Shown piece by piece: positions 61,825 to 64,000 of a DNA stretch of 64,000 nt. A model generated the notes under the pieces. It saw only the letters and a list, made by a program, of their open reading frames with translations, searched no databases and was not told the origin of the DNA. The stretch spans positions 54,252,001-54,316,000 of the forward strand of contig NC_086097.1 in assembly GCF_963921235.1 (NCBI RefSeq). Direction: 5' to 3'. The DNA comes from Mobula hypostoma (Eukaryota). Position numbers and translations under genes: made by a program. The first letter of the stretch is position 1. The number at the start of each line of letters is the position of its first letter.

Positions 61825-64000
61825 CACAAGATCACAAGACAAAGGAGCAGAAGTAGGCCATTCGGCCCATCGAGTCTGCTCCGCAGCTCCCCCATGAGCT
61901 AAACTATTCACCCATCTAGTTCCAATTTCCCCATATCCCTTGACACTCTGACTAATTAGATACCTGTCAATCTCCTCCTCAAACACCCTCAATGATCGGG
62001 CCTCCACAGCTGTATGTGGCAACGAATTCCACAAATCCACGACCCTCTGGCTAAAAAAATTTCTCCTCATCTCTGTTTTAACTGGGTACCCTCCAGTTCT
62101 ATGACTATGGCCTCTCTGTCCTGGACTCACCCACCAAGGGAAACAACCTTCCCACATCTACTCTGTCCTGCTCCTCTACCTATCTTGGTGTCATCCGCAA
62201 ACTTAGCCACAAAACCATTTAATCCATAATCCAAATCATCGATATACATTGTAAAAAGAAGCGGCCCCAACACCGACCCCTGCGGAACACCACTAGTAAC
62301 CAGCAACTAATCTGAATAGGATCCCTTTATTCCCACCCTTTGTTTTCTGCCTATCAGCCAATGCTCCACCCATTTCAATATCTTTCCTGTAATTCCACAG
62401 GCTCTCTTCTTATTAAGCAGCCTCATTTGCGGCACCTTATCGAAGGCCTTTTGAAAATCCAAATACACAACATCCACAGCCTCTCCCTTGTCAATCTTAT
62501 CAAGATTACCTCAAAAAATTCCAATAGGTTGGTGAGGCAGGATCTTCCCTTCATGAAACCATGCTGGCTTTGGCCTATCTTGTCATGAACCTCGAGGTAT
62601 TTCATAACCTCGTCCTTGAGGATTGACTCCAATATCGTTCCAACTACCGATGTCAGACTAATAGGTCTGTAATTTTCTTTTTGCTGCCTCCTTCCTTTCT
62701 TAAATAGTGGAACTACATTTGCGACCTTCCAGTCCTCCGGAACCATGCCAGAGTCTATTGATTCCTGGAAGATCATTTCCAATGCTTCCACAATCTCCAA
62801 AGCCACCTCCTTCAGAACCCTTGGGTGCACCTCATCCGGACCGGGAGACTTATCTACTCTTAGTCCATTTAGCTTCCCAAGCACTTTCTCTCTAGTAATC
62901 TTGACTGTACCTAATTCTATTCCCTGATACCTCTGGCTATCACGTATATTGCTCATGTCTTCCACTGTGAAGACTGATGCAAAATACTCATTCAGTTCCT
63001 CCGCCATCTCTTTGTTATCCATTATAATTTCTCCGGCATCATTTTCAATCAGTCCCGTATCTACCCTTGTCACTCTTTTACTCTTCATATATTTTTTAAA
63101 AAACTCTTAGTATCCTTTTTTATGTTAAACGCCAACTTCCTTTCATAATTCGTCTTTTCTTTCCTTAATGACTTTCTTAGTTTCCTTCTGTAAGTTTTTA
63201 AAAGTCTCCAGTCCTCATTTTTCCCACTAATTTTTGCTTTCTTGTACGCCGTTTCTTTTGCTTTTATTTTTGCCTTAACCTCTCATTAGCCACATTTGTG
63301 CCATTTTTCCATTCATGATTTTCTTTTTTCTTGGAATATATTTTTCCTGCATTTTCCTTATTTCTTGTAGGAATTTCATCCAATTCTGCTCTGCCATCCC
63401 TCCATTTAGCTTACTTTTCCAATCGACTTGGGCCAGTTCCTCTCTCATACCACTGTAATTTCCCCTGTTCCACTGAAATATCGATACACCTGATACCAGC
63501 TTCTCCTTTTCAAATTTGAAACTGAACTAATTTCCCCTGTTCCACTGAAATATCGATACACCTGATACCAGCTTCTCCTTTTCAAATTTGAAACTGAACT
63601 CAATCATATTATGATCACTACTTCCAAGGGGTTCCTTTACCTCCAGCTCCCTAATCGCCTCAGGTTCATTACACAGCACCTAAACCAAAACAGTCCCCTG
63701 CTGGGCTTCTGGACAAGCTGCTCCAAAAAGCCATCCTGTAGGCATTCTACAAACTCCCTCTCCTGAGATCCATTACCTTCCCGACTTTCCCAATCCACTT
63801 TCATATTAAAATTCCCCATAATTATCTTGACATTTTCCTTCTGACACGCTTTTTCTATTTCCAGCTGCAACTTGTAGTCCACATCCCGGCTGCTGTTTGG
63901 AGGCCTGTATATAACTGCTATTAGTGTCTTTTTACCCTTGCCATTTCTTAATTCTACCCATAAGGATTCTACCTCTTCTGATCCTATGTCCCTTCTTTCT
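61825..64000 (-). mobile_element. CR1 LINE with internal deletion near 62170, runs off the window
   Basis: ORF 62423-63088(-) KSPGPDEVHPRVLKE, WKVANVVPLFKKG, NYRPISLTS; endonuclease 'IIMGNFN' at 63637-63882. Confidence 0.95.
63456..63600. repeat. Perfect 72-bp tandem duplication within CR1
   Basis: 63456-63527 repeated at 63528-63599. Confidence 0.95.

Overview
Eukaryotic vertebrate DNA. The repeat complement (abundant CR1, Rex1/Babar, Penelope-like elements, V-domain tRNA SINEs) suggests a cartilaginous fish, probably a ray; this is inference. The only host gene found is the 5' part of CDKN3 (KAP phosphatase) on the + strand: five coding exons of 9, 83, 56, 45 and 223 nt (43866-60573) with canonical GT-AG sites, preceded by a six-CCAAT plus CHR cell-cycle promoter. 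The catalytic exon lies beyond the window. The 43 kb upstream has no recognisable gene and holds several TE-poor AT-rich blocks that could be conserved enhancers (in mammals BMP4 lies upstream of CDKN3). The rest is decayed mobile DNA: CR1, Rex1/Babar, L1, RTE, L2, Penelope-like elements, three related solo LTRs, Harbinger, hAT and Tc1 remnants, and SINEs. Nearly all ORF-track entries are TE fragments or noise. The most interesting signals are (i) minimal hammerhead-ribozyme cores in dispersed Penelope-derived ends, (ii) a ~1 kb inverted CR1 pair that loops out CDKN3 exon 3, whose skipping gives an immediate stop, (iii) a composite Harbinger carrying a LINE fragment, and (iv) two local inverted duplications. 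I found no convincing wholly new biological system. TE boundaries are approximate unless a TSD is quoted.
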